A stretch of DNA of 64,000 bases from Methanotrichaceae archaeon (GCA_963813075.1 CAWEXU010000031.1:192001-256000), one strand, 5' to 3'; numbered from the stretch's first letter, positions 1 through 10,996 are shown. The notes: generated from the sequence alone by a model not told the origin. Numbers and translations: made by a program.

Positions 1-31
1 AATTTAGCGGGCTAATTCCAGGTGAAAGAAT

Positions 32-286
32 ATGGATACAATCGACCATAACATCATTAAGGCAATTGCCAGCCTCAAGGTTCCTTATCCCAAAGCAGAT
101 AGGATCCTCTCCATGGTGAATATCGATCCAGAGGAGCTTGGCGCCCGGCTGGGCGGACTGGAGATGCAGGGCTTAGTCAAAACCATGAGCGAGGCGGATA
201 TGGAGGGCTCCAGCCTCCCTAACGGCATAACGGCGGCAGGGCTGACAAGTCTTGGCAAGAGGGCTTTGTCAGGGCCGAGATGGTAG
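32..286 (+). CDS. small hypothetical protein, probable winged-helix fold
   Basis: 84-aa ORF with GGTGA RBS; pattern 'ELGARLGGLEMQGLV...LTSLGKRAL' typical of wHTH. Confidence 0.6.
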   Translation: MDTIDHNIIKAIASLKVPYPKADRILSMVNIDPEELGARLGGLEMQGLVKTMSEADMEGSSLPNGITAAGLTSLGKRALSGPRW

Positions 287-295
287 GGTCAATTT

Positions 296-346
296 CGGTT
301 CGATCTCGGCGAATTTTGATCTTATCAACTTCATCCTCTGGCCCAT
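296..346 (-). pseudogene. N-terminal remnant of HepT/DUF86 (HEPN) toxin
   Basis: ATG at 346 gives MGQRMKLIRSKFAEIE, like the start of methanogen DUF86 proteins; lies just downstream of an MNT gene; similarity is lost where the convergent gene ends. Confidence 0.5.
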
Positions 347-383
347 CTCTCTTGCCGTCGCCTGCTTTATGCCAGGACCATAG

Positions 384-809
384 TCACGTAATGGATTCTA
401 TCCCCAGATAGTCGTAATACCTGCGCCGGAAGGATTCAAACTCCTTGATCGTCTCATAGGCCTTGTCGTACATGAATGTGGATCCATCCTCGTACATAAC
501 CTTGCCCTTCAAGACCTCCATGCGCAGGGGAAGAGCAAGCTGCTGGAAGATTTTGATGTCATAGATGTCGTCGAATAGATCCGATAGGACATTGAGGCGG
601 AACTGGGAGCTGTCAGCATCATCAGCATCATAGTATACACTGATGTCGATATCTGAATCCGATTTCATCCTGCCCGAGCTGGCTGAGCCATAAAGAATGA
701 TGAATCTAACTCTATCGCCGCCAAAAGATAGAATCTTCTGGACGGCCCGCTCGATCTTTGCCGCCAGTTTGGGCGGCATGATCGCTTCCCCTTCAGTCTC
801 TTGTGGCAT
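384..809 (-). CDS. minimal nucleotidyltransferase (MntA-type antitoxin)
   Basis: LYGS...SDIDI motif; 'LPLRMEVLKGKVMY' C-terminal pattern. Confidence 0.85.
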   Translation of the reverse strand: MPQETEGEAIMPPKLAAKIERAVQKILSFGGDRVRFIILYGSASSGRMKSDSDIDISVYYDADDADSSQFRLNVLSDLFDDIYDIKIFQQLALPLRMEVLKGKVMYEDGSTFMYDKAYETIKEFESFRRRYYDYLGIESIT

Positions 810-829
810 TTATCGGAGCAGCGCGGTAA

Positions 830-984
830 TCAGAGATTGCCCTTGAGAAGCTGGTAGACGAAGTAGACCAGGACTACGAATATAGCCACTCTGCCAGGTA
901 CCAGATGGTTCTCCAGAGGGCGATGACGATGATGAATGCCAGGACCAGAATGACCAGGTTCTTGATGGTATTTTCATTTGTCAT
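830..984 (-). CDS. small two-helix membrane protein (~50 aa, one frameshift), absent from ORF track
   Basis: MTNENTIKNLVILVLAFIIVIALWRTIWYL continues in another frame as RVAIFVVLVYFVYQLLKGNL*. Confidence 0.5.
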
Positions 985-1007
985 ATACACTGAATATGTC
1001 GTATTCT

Positions 1008-1159
1008 GATAAAGCTGTTTCGAGAGAAATGGCAAAAGGACGTCAGGGCTGGAGTTATTTCCATTGATCTACCACACCTTCAAATCGATCCCCTCGATCC
1101 TCAACCTCTCTCCCTCCGAGTGCACCACTACGCCGGAGTGCACCCTTTTGCCATCATGC
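1008..1159. repeat. diverged direct repeat of 4382-4529 (3' end and downstream flank of the Fe-S protein gene)
   Basis: shared gataaagctgtttcgag..aaatggcaaaaggacg and gatctaccacaccttcaaatcgatcccctcgatcctcaacctctc. Confidence 0.95.
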
Positions 1160-1487
1160 CCAAATATCATTCCGATCTTGGGAATCACCTGATATGATAA
1201 TCTGTTAGCATCCTGATATGTATAGGGCTAGGCGAGGGATTAGCCTTATTTTCATAGTATCCGGAATGAATGGGTTCATAGAATACGTTTTTCCAGGAGA
1301 AGAGGTCCGGAGATATATTAATTGCTGGAAATAAATCAGAATTTGATACTGTAGCGTATTGCACAATATAATAATATAATTATAATTTTATGCATCAAAA
1401 GGCTTGTTTCAAAGCCCAAGATTGGCATGTGAGGGGGCATTTAATGAGCGATAAAGTTATATTTAATGATATAACTGAGGAACCGAT

Positions 1488-2186
1488 ATGAATCCTCTTA
1501 TAGATTTGGCTCCAAAATTAATTGATTTATGGAATTTTTATTCGGATATTTATGTGGGTAAGGAAAATAAAATTTTTGATAATTCTTTAACCGTACTATC
1601 TGAAAGGCATGATATTAATAAGGAAGATTTGAAAACGATTTTGGAAAACATTGATAAAGACAAAATTGACGAGGATCAGAAAGATATTATGGACGAATTT
1701 TATACAATATTTTATGAACATATATTGAATGATTCGGAATTTCGAAATAAATTAATTGCAACGAGATTAAGGCACTATGAGTCCTCCCTTGAAGAAATAA
1801 AAGAACTTCTTGATTCTATCAAAGGTGTAAAAAACCATAATGATAAAACCGATTATGTAGATATGATAAAATCTGAATTAGAATATTGTATTGATTTATT
1901 AGAACAACCCCATGTTAAGACATTGCCTACAGATTGTTGGATATCAGTTAATAATAGTGGTCTATTAACGCTTTTTAATAAAGATACAGAATTAAAATCA
2001 ATTCGTGAAATTTATAATAAAATTCAAGATTTTAATGAACGGTCAAAAATACAAAAATTCATCGGATACCCTTGGAAGCGGTTAGAGTATGAAGATGGAA
2101 TGCGATTATCTAAAATGCAAGTGAAACAATTCTTGGAAATACGTAGTTGGCTATTGGCTGAATTAAAAAAATATACGAGTTCGTAA
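1488..2186 (+). CDS. hypothetical protein
   Basis: 232-aa AT-rich ORF with GAGG RBS; no family recognised. Confidence 0.7.
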   Translation: MNPLIDLAPKLIDLWNFYSDIYVGKENKIFDNSLTVLSERHDINKEDLKTILENIDKDKIDEDQKDIMDEFYTIFYEHILNDSEFRNKLIATRLRHYESSLEEIKELLDSIKGVKNHNDKTDYVDMIKSELEYCIDLLEQPHVKTLPTDCWISVNNSGLLTLFNKDTELKSIREIYNKIQDFNERSKIQKFIGYPWKRLEYEDGMRLSKMQVKQFLEIRSWLLAELKKYTSS

Positions 2187-2302
2187 ATGTTAATATATGT
2201 CATATATTATGCTGCACTCTGATGAATTTAAAGTTATTATCGATCAAAATCCGAGCATGGTGTGATATTCTCTGAATCGGTATCTAGCGTTATTAAATTT
2301 AG

Positions 2303-3162
2303 TTAATTCTTTTTGTATTTACGATAATATTTCCGACGCGGGCGATAATATGCAGGCACTTTATTATTTAGATAAGACAACCGGAGAGAAGCAACTTGTA
2401 TGAATAAGGAAGCAATTATAGCGATTATTGCAAACCGCTCCATACAGTCCTTTTCATACCATCTATTTACATGTAGTGATACAACCTTTGGACTAGAATA
2501 CCACTTGTTTCCTAATTTATAAAATAATGTTAGATATATGTTATGATCTCCTCCGGGTGCATTTGGATCTATTGTGAAATTGATACTATAAGGAACCCAA
2601 CCTTCGTTCTCTGTTGTGACTTCACCCCAGTTAGTAAAACCGTTAATATCATACAGGTTAAAATAAATATTAGGCACATTCATATCAATTGAGGAGTTTT
2701 CGGGCCTGCTAGTTATATATGGCCTGTGAATCGTAATTGTACCGTTTAAAGGATTAAAGGTATATTTATACTCTAGCGACTGTAATGTTACTCTATTGTC
2801 CTTAACGATATACTCGGGAATATTAACCCGTAACTTTCCGAAAGTTGCATCGCCTGCGCCAGATATATATAATTTCATTGAATATTCATCATTGTTATTA
2901 ACGTGGCTATTACTTGCTTGAACTTCAATATCATAGGATGGTTCACCTTTAAAAGATGAATCACTAATATCAGTATTCGAAATCGAGTATGTTCCATCAT
3001 CATTAAGAGATAGACTAGAATGGTCGTATTTTCGCTAGTAGATGATGTTGACAATGTCATAAATAATATTAGGACAATCCATATTCTTGACATTTGGCAC
3101 ATTATTGATTCTTTAATTTTATAATCACCCCTGTTATCAATATCTTTTTTGTCTTCATCCAT
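2303..3162 (-). CDS. secreted/membrane-anchored hypothetical protein (one gene split by a frameshift near 3030)
   Basis: signal-like IWIVLILFMTLS; the alternative frame DHSSLSLNDDGTYSISN...EYS runs into MKLYISG; C-terminal TM segment plus basic tail. Confidence 0.55.
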
Positions 3163-3501
3163 ATTTCCTTGATTGCTGAATCAATTTATAATTCTTTCTC
3201 TGCTACGCATCTTCCAAATACTACCACAGAATAGGGAAGAGAGGGAAAATATACTCAACGATATCCAATTCAACATGCTAATCGATGCCCTAATATCATC
3301 CCCATAGTCATGCAGTTTATTAGACCGTTCTAAAAGATAAAGCAAGACCGATATTCAAATATACCTGTTATGATAAACCAAGATTCTAGATTCAACTAAT
3401 AAAAATAAAGATATCTCACCATCTTAAAACCATTTGCTTAATTTTAATTACCAAAAAGCTTTTAATTGAGAACTTTATTAATGAGTAACAGGTGAAAAAA
3501 T

Positions 3502-3942
3502 ATGCGAATAGCAATCTTGGCTGCAATTTTGATAATTAGTACCCAATTTATACCTGTGACTGCGCTCACGGATAACGAAAAGAATAATGTTGAGGCAGTT
3601 GGAACAAGCCTACTTATGAAATCTGAATTTATTTCTTATGGACTTGTTGAAATTGACTATGGAAATACGATGAAAATATGGTTTATATCAAGTGACGATG
3701 ATCAATCTACTGTCGCGAGTTCCCTGGGCATGGTCGTCGGAGTCTATTTAGGTGCCTGCAAAATGTTTCCAGAGATATCTGACTTGAAGTTAATGGTGGG
3801 GACAAAGAATAATGTAGCTGGTGAGTTGTATGCCGAAAGAGCTTGGGCTGATGGAGTTAGAATGAATCCAGATGGGTCATACAACTCTGATGATGTAGCG
3901 GTTCTCGGTTTAAAGGTGCTAGGAACATATAAAGATAGATAA
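3502..3942 (+). CDS. secreted hypothetical protein
   Basis: signal peptide MRIAILAAILIIS; GGTGA RBS. Confidence 0.7.
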   Translation: MRIAILAAILIISTQFIPVTALTDNEKNNVEAVGTSLLMKSEFISYGLVEIDYGNTMKIWFISSDDDQSTVASSLGMVVGVYLGACKMFPEISDLKLMVGTKNNVAGELYAERAWADGVRMNPDGSYNSDDVAVLGLKVLGTYKDR

Positions 3943-3968
3943 TAACAACCATATATGCAAACATCCAA

Positions 3969-4094
3969 CTCTTGGTCCTTTGCATATCTCATGCCCAAAT
4001 CTCGAACGTCCTCCACATCAAAGCCCAGGGAGCGAATAGCTTCGAGACTCGATCTGGGCATATCGGCATCGAGTAGAAATTTAGGCTTTTGCAT
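3969..4094 (-). pseudogene. truncated DUF5615/PIN-like toxin
   Basis: KFLLDADMPRS...GFDVEDVRDLG...KDQE, after which the family pattern ends (~42 aa); overlaps DUF433 partner. Confidence 0.75.
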
Positions 4095-4320
4095 ATGCAG
4101 TGATCTCTTCTCCGGCTACAACTTTGGCCGCATATGCCAGGGCAGCAAGAACATCTTCTTTTTGCAGGTCGTATTCCCTGACAATCTCTTCAATTGCCAT
4201 GCCGCCAGCAAGTGAGCCGAGAATTATATCCAATGGAACCCGGGTGCCCTTTATGATCGGTTTTCCATGCCTCACCGACGGATCAATTACTATTCTATCC
4301 TCGTACATTTTGCGCCTCAA
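4081..4320 (-). CDS. DUF433 antitoxin-like protein
   Basis: RIVIDPSVRHGKPIIKGTRVP...EDVLAALAYA. Confidence 0.9.
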   Translation of the reverse strand: MRRKMYEDRIVIDPSVRHGKPIIKGTRVPLDIILGSLAGGMAIEEIVREYDLQKEDVLAALAYAAKVVAGEEITAYAKA

Positions 4321-4381
4321 CTATAATAACAGACTTCTCGGCATAAATCCATTATCATTGCTTCCTGAAATTATGATTTCG

Positions 4382-4529
4382 GATAAAGCTGTTTCGAGGA
4401 AATGGCAAAAGGACGCCCAGACAGGGACAATTCCAATGATCTACCACACCTTCAAATCGATCCCCTCGATCCTCAACCTCTCCCCCTCCGAGTGCACCAC
4501 CACTCCGCTATGCACCTTCTGCATCATGC
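4382..4529. repeat. second copy of the direct repeat (functional gene end)
   Basis: see 1008-1159. Confidence 0.95.
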
Positions 4530-5116
4530 AGTGCTCGGGCAGAAATCGCACCGTCTCCCCCACCTCCGGCCTCCTGCCCCGGAATACTGTGCCCTCAAAG
4601 GCTAGAACCATGACATATGCCAATGTCCTCGGGCGCAGGCAATCCCTGCAGCAGATGCACCGGCCCCACCAGATGGACGGTGACGACCCCCTGGCTGGAT
4701 TTGAGAACTTTAGCAAAATGAGTGATGGGGCAGCCCAGCGGCCGGTAGCGGAAGACGTCACCCTCTTCCAGCCTGGCCGCAGGATTAAAGGGATGCAGAT
4801 CCTCCCGGCAGGAAGGCTCTCCAGGCAGGGGGGCGAGGGAGAAATCCGCACGCAGGCCATCCAGAACGCCAATGATATCATTCTCTTTCTCTGCGGTGAT
4901 CAGCTTGTCCTCTTCTCTGACTATCTCTTTATCCTTGCTTGATATGTCCAGCAGCTTCTCTATCTCCTCTGTCCGGCCCCGGAACCTCTCCTGCTTGAGA
5001 ATGGGACATCTCTCCAGGCCTGCCACATCCACCAGCTTTCTGGCAAACTCCCGGCAGCTGGAAAATCCGCACTCTCCGCAGTTGTACCCTGGCAGGAGCT
5101 TCTCAATTTTTTTCAT
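4441..5116 (-). CDS. Fe-S cluster-binding protein (frameshift near 4610)
   Basis: [18 protein letters not shown]...CP N-terminal Fe-S domain; C-terminus [14 protein letters not shown] in second frame. Confidence 0.8.
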
Positions 5117-5849
5117 GCTTTTGAAATCCTCTTATCTCCGGCATTCAGCTCACTCGCCAGTGTACTCCATGAACCCATCCAGATGGCGGAGCATTCCCCG
5201 GTGGTGCTCCTTGGAGACCCGCAATTCGCCCGGTGCATAATGTGCAGATGGCCAGCGGCGGGTTGTGCCGCAATGCCATCTCCCCGGAGATCTCCGGCCA
5301 GCCTGAGATCAATTCGGCGATCTCGGCTGAGCCCTTGCCGGTCAGGCCGTTGGCCTCGATTATCCGGCAACCGGGATTGGCCTCCAGGATGCGCTCTCTG
5401 AACACCTCCCTCTCCGCCTGGGATACGAGGTCTCCTTTGGTCATGACCGCAGCATCGGCGGTGGTGAGGAGCGGCCCCACCTTCAGCGGACTGTTGGGGC
5501 CGGTGGTAACATCGATCACGCAGATGGCTAAAGCTTGATCCGGATAAGGAGCACAGCGCAGGCACAGGCCGGCAGTCTCATTGAGCAGAATCCCCGCCCC
5601 CTGCTCTTTGGCCCAGTCGAGCATCTCGTCTACATTGTATATGGCATAGTGATCGGGACACATGTCCTTTGACAGGCCCACAGCCACGGGCAGGCCGAGG
5701 CGCTTGAAGCGAATGTCGTCCTCGGTCCACATGCAGTCGATCTTCACCAGCGCAGGAGAGGCCCCTGCCCGGATCAGGTCCTTTACCGCATGCATGAGAA
5801 CGGACGTCTTGCCTGAGCCCGGCGTTCCCGCCACCACCACCATCTTCAA
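5113..5849 (-). CDS. HypB/UreG-like (G3E) GTPase (frameshift near 3' end)
   Basis: GTPGSGKT Walker [19 protein letters not shown]-terminal CTLC. Confidence 0.85.
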
Positions 5850-6688
5850 GCTACTACCTCACCCTGACGGATGGTCTCCCGCAGGCTGGTGAGCCAGCCG
5901 TCCACCCTCTCGATATCCTTGAAGATCCTCTGCTCCTGCTCATTGGTGCTGATGACCTTGGTCATGCCGCCGTTCTTCATCACAATCCTGCGGGTGGCCA
6001 TCAGGGCCAGCATAGGATCGTGAGTTACCACCACCACGATCTTCCCCTCGCCGGATAGGAGCCGCAGAGCCTCTTGCTTCTTTATTCCCGCGTTCTCGAT
6101 CTCGTCTATCAATACTATTGGCGAGTCGCTGATAACCGCTATGTCCGCCACCATCAGAGCCCGGGACTGGCCGCCGCTCAGAATGGTAAGCTGCATCTGG
6201 GGGCTTATGGGCTCACCGGTCAGGGTATTGGCCAGCTCGATGACCTTGTCCGCCAGAAGAGGGTCCTTGCCCCGGGACTTGGCATGCATCCGCAAGAACT
6301 CTCCCACCTGCATGTCTGCCAGGAAATGCATATTCTGGGAGAGCTGGGCCACCAGCTTCTTTCTCGGGTCGTAGCGCTGCTCGTTTTTCGGCTCCTGGCC
6401 GTTGATCAGAATGCTCCTGCCGGAGGGGGTGTCTCCCAGGGCAAACTGCTCTATATCGGCGATAAGAGTGCTCTTTCCTGAGCCGGTAGGTCCCACGATT
6501 CCTATTATCTCTCCCCGGGAGATCTCTATCTCGGGCACAAGGTCCTGGTGGCCGCTCTTGTCCACTCCACCCTGAACGGTGAGGGTCAGGGGGCTTTCTT
6601 CTGCAGGTTCAAGCTCCAAAGGCTTGACATTCAGGTTAACAGTCGGGCTAATAGTATGGCTAATTGTCTGGCTAACAATCTGGCTCAT
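5846..6688 (-). CDS. stand-alone ABC-type ATPase
   Basis: [22 protein letters not shown]; no permease adjacent. Confidence 0.9.
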   Translation of the reverse strand: MSQIVSQTISHTISPTVNLNVKPLELEPAEESPLTLTVQGGVDKSGHQDLVPEIEISRGEIIGIVGPTGSGKSTLIADIEQFALGDTPSGRSILINGQEPKNEQRYDPRKKLVAQLSQNMHFLADMQVGEFLRMHAKSRGKDPLLADKVIELANTLTGEPISPQMQLTILSGGQSRALMVADIAVISDSPIVLIDEIENAGIKKQEALRLLSGEGKIVVVVTHDPMLALMATRRIVMKNGGMTKVISTNEQEQRIFKDIERVDGWLTSLRETIRQGEVVA

Positions 6689-7908
6689 GATCCTTCCTCC
6701 AAAAATAAGACTGCATCCTCCCAGGAGGAGACTGCAACATCCGGCTGCAACATATAGCGGGAATAATCCTCTTTCATCCTGGCAATGCCGCCGCCGGTTA
6801 TATTGAGAAGTATGATTTCATTCGAGGAGACGCTTCTTTTCTCTACCGCTTTTTTCAGCGCTGCCACCGCAACTGCCGGAGCGTTGAGGATATCGATCTC
6901 CTCAGACTGCTCGAACAGGTCCCTGGCTTCGCTGGCCTCTCGGTCGGTGATTCCGTAAACCATGCCGTTTGTGGCCTTCAGGGCATCTTTGACTCCGCCG
7001 GGCATATCAAGAGGCGGCTTGCGGTTGAACAGGACATCATCGAACATATCATCCTGGTATGGCTCGGGCTCCAGATCCTTCCAGGCATAGTAGATGGGAG
7101 CATTGGGGATATTCTGGGCCAGATGAAGCCTGGGCAATGGAAGTTCCGGGTGGAAGCGGCCGTCATCCCTCAGCCGCAGGCTGGCCTCCCAGGCGGATAT
7201 GCCTCCGGTGCCGCTTCCTACCGCCTGGAAATAGTGGTCGGGCGTTCGGCCCAAAGCTGCCGCGGCATCCAGCATCACCGTTCCCATGCCATCCCTGCGG
7301 GCGATGTTCCTCGCACCGCCCTCGGGAGTGAAGCCCTTTCGGGATTGCACCTTCTCCGCTATCTGAATGGCATCAAGGTAGTCCCCTTTGACTGCGATCA
7401 GGGTTATCCTGCCCGGTGGTACAATCGTCCACATTCTTTCCAGGGCCTTTTCCGGGACGAATAAGACCAGCTGCTGCCCGGTCAGTGAAGCGATATGGGC
7501 AAATGCGCGAGCTGTGTTTCCTGCTGAGGCCACGACCAGTGATGACCTTTCCCCCTTCTCCAGGAGCATCTGCATAGTGGGTGGGGCTTCCAGGTCCTTG
7601 AAGCTGCAGGTGGGCATCCTGGCATCCTTTTCAGGCCAGTAGCCATTAAAGCTGATGTAGAGATTCTCCAGCTCCAGCTCCCGAGCCAGCCCCAGGCTTT
7701 TATAGGTCACTGGCCCCCCTGTTGCCTTTTCTATGATCCCATTCACAGGAAGCCAGTCGATGAACCGCCAGATACCGGGAAGATCCCTTATCTGCAGCTG
7801 CCTGGACCTGTACTCCGCCCGCAACAGCGAGCTGTCACGGGGGCAGCTCAGGGAATATAAAGGCAGCACCGATCCATCGCTCACGCATCTGAGCACATAT
7901 TCTCCCAT
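6685..7908 (-). CDS. cysteate synthase (threonine synthase-like, coenzyme M biosynthesis)
   Basis: [19 protein letters not shown] lysine, [34 protein letters not shown]. Confidence 0.9.
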   Translation of the reverse strand: MGEYVLRCVSDGSVLPLYSLSCPRDSSLLRAEYRSRQLQIRDLPGIWRFIDWLPVNGIIEKATGGPVTYKSLGLARELELENLYISFNGYWPEKDARMPTCSFKDLEAPPTMQMLLEKGERSSLVVASAGNTARAFAHIASLTGQQLVLFVPEKALERMWTIVPPGRITLIAVKGDYLDAIQIAEKVQSRKGFTPEGGARNIARRDGMGTVMLDAAAALGRTPDHYFQAVGSGTGGISAWEASLRLRDDGRFHPELPLPRLHLAQNIPNAPIYYAWKDLEPEPYQDDMFDDVLFNRKPPLDMPGGVKDALKATNGMVYGITDREASEARDLFEQSEEIDILNAPAVAVAALKKAVEKRSVSSNEIILLNITGGGIARMKEDYSRYMLQPDVAVSSWEDAVLFLEEGS

Positions 7909-8121
7909 AATAGGTACCTCTTCTAAAGGGAATATAACATTTTCTGTTTATGGCTAAATTTTATCCTTCTTGTACACGAATTAAATCCTGCAGACACGTT
8001 TAGGTTAAACCAGTGGAGATAACGCTATCATAGCACTGTATCATCGTTCTTCCTTTTAATGCAACCATAAATCTGAAGTATCCCAAAAGTACAAATATAC
8101 CCATGTGCATATCCTAATAGT

Positions 8122-8637
8122 ATGCCAAATGTGGAAAGGGTGATGAGAGCGGCCTTCCAGTCAGATGAGAGCCTGCGTGATACCTTAAAAGAGGTTATCG
8201 GGGAGCTGGGGCTCTCTGCCCGGGAGTTCTCTCGGATCTCAGAGATCCCTCAGAGCACTCTTTATAAGATCCTCTCCGGCCACAGAGAGCCGAATATCAC
8301 CACTTTGCGCCAGATCGTGAAGACCATCCGCCAGCTTGAGGGCTCTGGAGGGGACTTCATCGCCATCATCGCCGCCCGGCCGGTACTGGACAAGATCAGC
8401 GAGAAGAAGATGAAGATAGGAGACCGGATGCTGACCCTGAGAGAGTATTCGGCAACCAATATTGAGGAAGCGATAATCGCCGCGGTGAGGGCGGAGAGGG
8501 ATGGAGCCTCGGCTCTGGTCTGCGCTCCCATCGTCAGCCCCACAGTGGAAAAGCTGCTCACCATCCCTGTAGCCACCATAATACCGCAAGAGAGCGTCGT
8601 CCGGGCGATTGAGGTCGCCGCCAGGAAGATCGAATAA
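8122..8637 (+). CDS. XRE-family HTH transcriptional regulator
   Basis: IPQSTLYKILSGHREPNITTL HTH; C-terminal LVCAPIVS domain; divergent from cysteate synthase operon. Confidence 0.85.
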   Translation: MPNVERVMRAAFQSDESLRDTLKEVIGELGLSAREFSRISEIPQSTLYKILSGHREPNITTLRQIVKTIRQLEGSGGDFIAIIAARPVLDKISEKKMKIGDRMLTLREYSATNIEEAIIAAVRAERDGASALVCAPIVSPTVEKLLTIPVATIIPQESVVRAIEVAARKIE

Positions 8638-8659
8638 AATAGGATATGCCAGGATTGAA

Positions 8660-9264
8660 ATGAGGAACAAGTCCCTGCCATAGCGGCAATACTGATCGCT
8701 TTCTGCCTGCTCTTCGGCCTTGTAGCCGTCTGCAGCTCCCAGAATGCCCCTGAATTCCAGAGCGTGAGCGGCGAATTCGCCAGGGACTGGATTGAGAGCT
8801 TCAAAGCCGAGAATCCTCCGCCTGTGCAGGAGAACGAAAATAGCGGAGGCGAGAATAACAGCAGCAATCTATGGAGCTGGGGAGGAGCGCCCAGGGGGAG
8901 CAGGATCGAAGGCAGTAAGCTGATTACTGATCCCAACTATCTTCAAGGAAAGTTGAATCTGTCCACCGACTGGCTGGGCGATGCTTATACCGATCCAGAT
9001 ACCGGATTGCCTTTATTGGAATATCTGGACCCATTCACCGGAAGGAAGACCTACACCTACCTCAATCCGGACACCCAGCTTCCGATATTCACCTACTATA
9101 GCGATCAGGATGATAAAACAGGAAGGACTGCATATTCCTATATCGATCCCCGGACAGGGAAAGCGGTCTATTCCTATGAGCGGCCCCTGGATATAATCAA
9201 CGACCTTATCGGCGGCCTGGCGGATCAAATAACCAGTCCGGGCCAGCCGTGGGTCAGACTGTAG
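8660..9264 (+). CDS. secreted protein, LWSWG/YxDPxTG-repeat family (frameshift in signal peptide)
   Basis: ATG 8660; hydrophobic AIAAILIAFCLLFGLVAVC in frame with the tracked ORF; paralog of 10412 and 11029. Confidence 0.7.
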
Positions 9265-9415
9265 ATGGAGAGTTTTTATCCCGAATTTATTTTTATATTA
9301 GACCTGAAGGCAGACAACAATGATGCATTTAGCGGGATGTAAATATTATAAAATTAATTAAAAAAATATATTCTCCAAATGATTGGAGCATTCTCTATTA
9401 ACTTTCAGCTTCTTC

Positions 9416-10075
9416 CTAATACATCCTCTCCACATGCAGAGATTCGATCAAATCATTATCTTCCTTTGCTTCTCTGAAATCAATACCGTATATGAAGCTC
9501 TTTGAGACATTTTGATTATAGAAGGAATCGAAGTACGGCTCATAGGAATAGGCAAAAGCTTGAATGTTCCGGTTGTACATAGAAGAGAAACCAACAGCTC
9601 TTCTCGCTCTATTGCCATCTATCTCCACGGTGGACTTTATAGAGGTGTCAACTTCAAATCCGCTTAGAGTTGAATCCATCAACTCGTCCAACATTTCATC
9701 GTTTGTGGTTGAAGCTCGGTCAAGATCCATGATCCACAAGAAGGCTATCTCATGGTCCATGCTATCTATCAGTGCCATGGCCCACATCTCCATGCCTTCG
9801 ATTGACATGCCAAAGAAATCTTCGCTATTTTCCTCATCAAAATGAAATTCCTCTGAGGATAGCTTTTCAGTTGAGTTGAATTCCACTTTCCAGGGGCCGA
9901 GAATCTCCATGGTGGGGAACAATTCCTCTTCAGGCTCTATAGAGGCATTATTTGCTATTGCCATCGTTGCATTGCTCTCCGACGGAATAGCTACGCCAAC
10001 CTGGCCTGCACCCATTGGCAAAGCTGCCATAGCCAGAAGCGACATCATTAAAAGATTGACAATTGTCTTAGTCAT
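9416..10075 (-). CDS. secreted acidic hypothetical protein
   Basis: signal peptide MTKTIVNLLMMSLLAMAALPMGAG; start uncertain. Confidence 0.65.
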   Translation of the reverse strand: MTKTIVNLLMMSLLAMAALPMGAGQVGVAIPSESNATMAIANNASIEPEEELFPTMEILGPWKVEFNSTEKLSSEEFHFDEENSEDFFGMSIEGMEMWAMALIDSMDHEIAFLWIMDLDRASTTNDEMLDELMDSTLSGFEVDTSIKSTVEIDGNRARRAVGFSSMYNRNIQAFAYSYEPYFDSFYNQNVSKSFIYGIDFREAKEDNDLIESLHVERMY

Positions 10076-10363
10076 CATCACAATAACCTTCCATACCTTT
10101 ACTATAACGTTTGAACTTTCGAAGATAAATAGATTTTGTCTGTCTTTCATTTGTTATGAATCAAAGAACGCTTTTTGCTTTTTTATTAAAAATAAGAAAA
10201 TAAAGATAATGGAGGATCTCGTGGCCGCGAAATTCTGCGCAAAACAACTGAAGATCTGCCTTTGACTCTGGATGATTAATGGTTTGCATGCGCCGCTGCC
10301 CGGTGGCATGGCCTAGAAGCCTTTGATCATGGCCAAGAGCCTTTGATAAATTCTTCAGCCATT

Positions 10364-10379
10364 CGAAAGCCTTTTATTG
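10364..10379 (+). promoter_or_regulatory. BRE/TATA-like element duplicated at 10981
   Basis: cgaaagccttttattg, 48 nt upstream of ATG in both copies. Confidence 0.6.
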
Positions 10380-10411
10380 CCCTGAGCCACTTCAAAACCA
10401 GTGGGGTCAGT

Positions 10412-10969
10412 ATGAAAACTGCATTTGCAGCAGCGATGGCATTACTAATGGCAATGGCATGCTTCTTGTCCGGGAGCGCTCTAGCTCAGGATAAGAACGG
10501 ATATCAGAACGTCGGTGGAGATTACGGCAGGAATGTCTTGACTAACATAGTGGCACCTGATGCTCAGCAAGCAGCAAAAGCCGAGGGCAACCAAAGCCTC
10601 TGGAGCTGGGGAAAAGCACCCAAGGGCAGCCTGATCGTGGATGGAAATATAGTCGGCGATCCCAGGTATACTTTGAAGAACCTGAGCGTTATACGCGATT
10701 GGCTGGGCGATTCGTTTGTAGATCCATATAGTGATACCCCGGCATATTCTTATATCGACCCGACCACAGGGGAGAAGGTCAAAACCTATGTAGATCCAAT
10801 AACCGGGCAACACTACTATACATATACAGATGCCAGTACCGGAAAGCTGGTTTACGTCTACTTCAATCCGGAGACTGGCGAGCCGATATACGCCAGCTTC
10901 ACCCCCGTCTCCGGACAGTATATCGAAGAAGAGCAGTACACATTGCCACCAATCTTAAGATCAAATTGA
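10412..10969 (+). CDS. secreted protein, LWSWG/YxDPxTG-repeat family
   Basis: MKTAFAAAMALL signal; LWSWGKAPKGS; YIDPTTG, YVDPITG, YFNPETG; ends YTLPPILRSN. Confidence 0.8.
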   Translation: MKTAFAAAMALLMAMACFLSGSALAQDKNGYQNVGGDYGRNVLTNIVAPDAQQAAKAEGNQSLWSWGKAPKGSLIVDGNIVGDPRYTLKNLSVIRDWLGDSFVDPYSDTPAYSYIDPTTGEKVKTYVDPITGQHYYTYTDASTGKLVYVYFNPETGEPIYASFTPVSGQYIEEEQYTLPPILRSN

Positions 10970-10980
10970 ACAATGATCTG

Positions 10981-10996
10981 CGAAAGCCTTTTATTG
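10981..10996 (+). promoter_or_regulatory. BRE/TATA-like element, copy 2
   Basis: identical 16-mer at identical spacing to ATG 11029. Confidence 0.6.

Larger units (their letters stand above)
1160..4381. mobile_element. AT-rich genomic islet between direct repeats (no integrase inside)
   Basis: visibly lower GC than flanks; bounded by the 1008-1159/4382-4529 repeat; carries orphan genes and a TA remnant. Confidence 0.65.
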
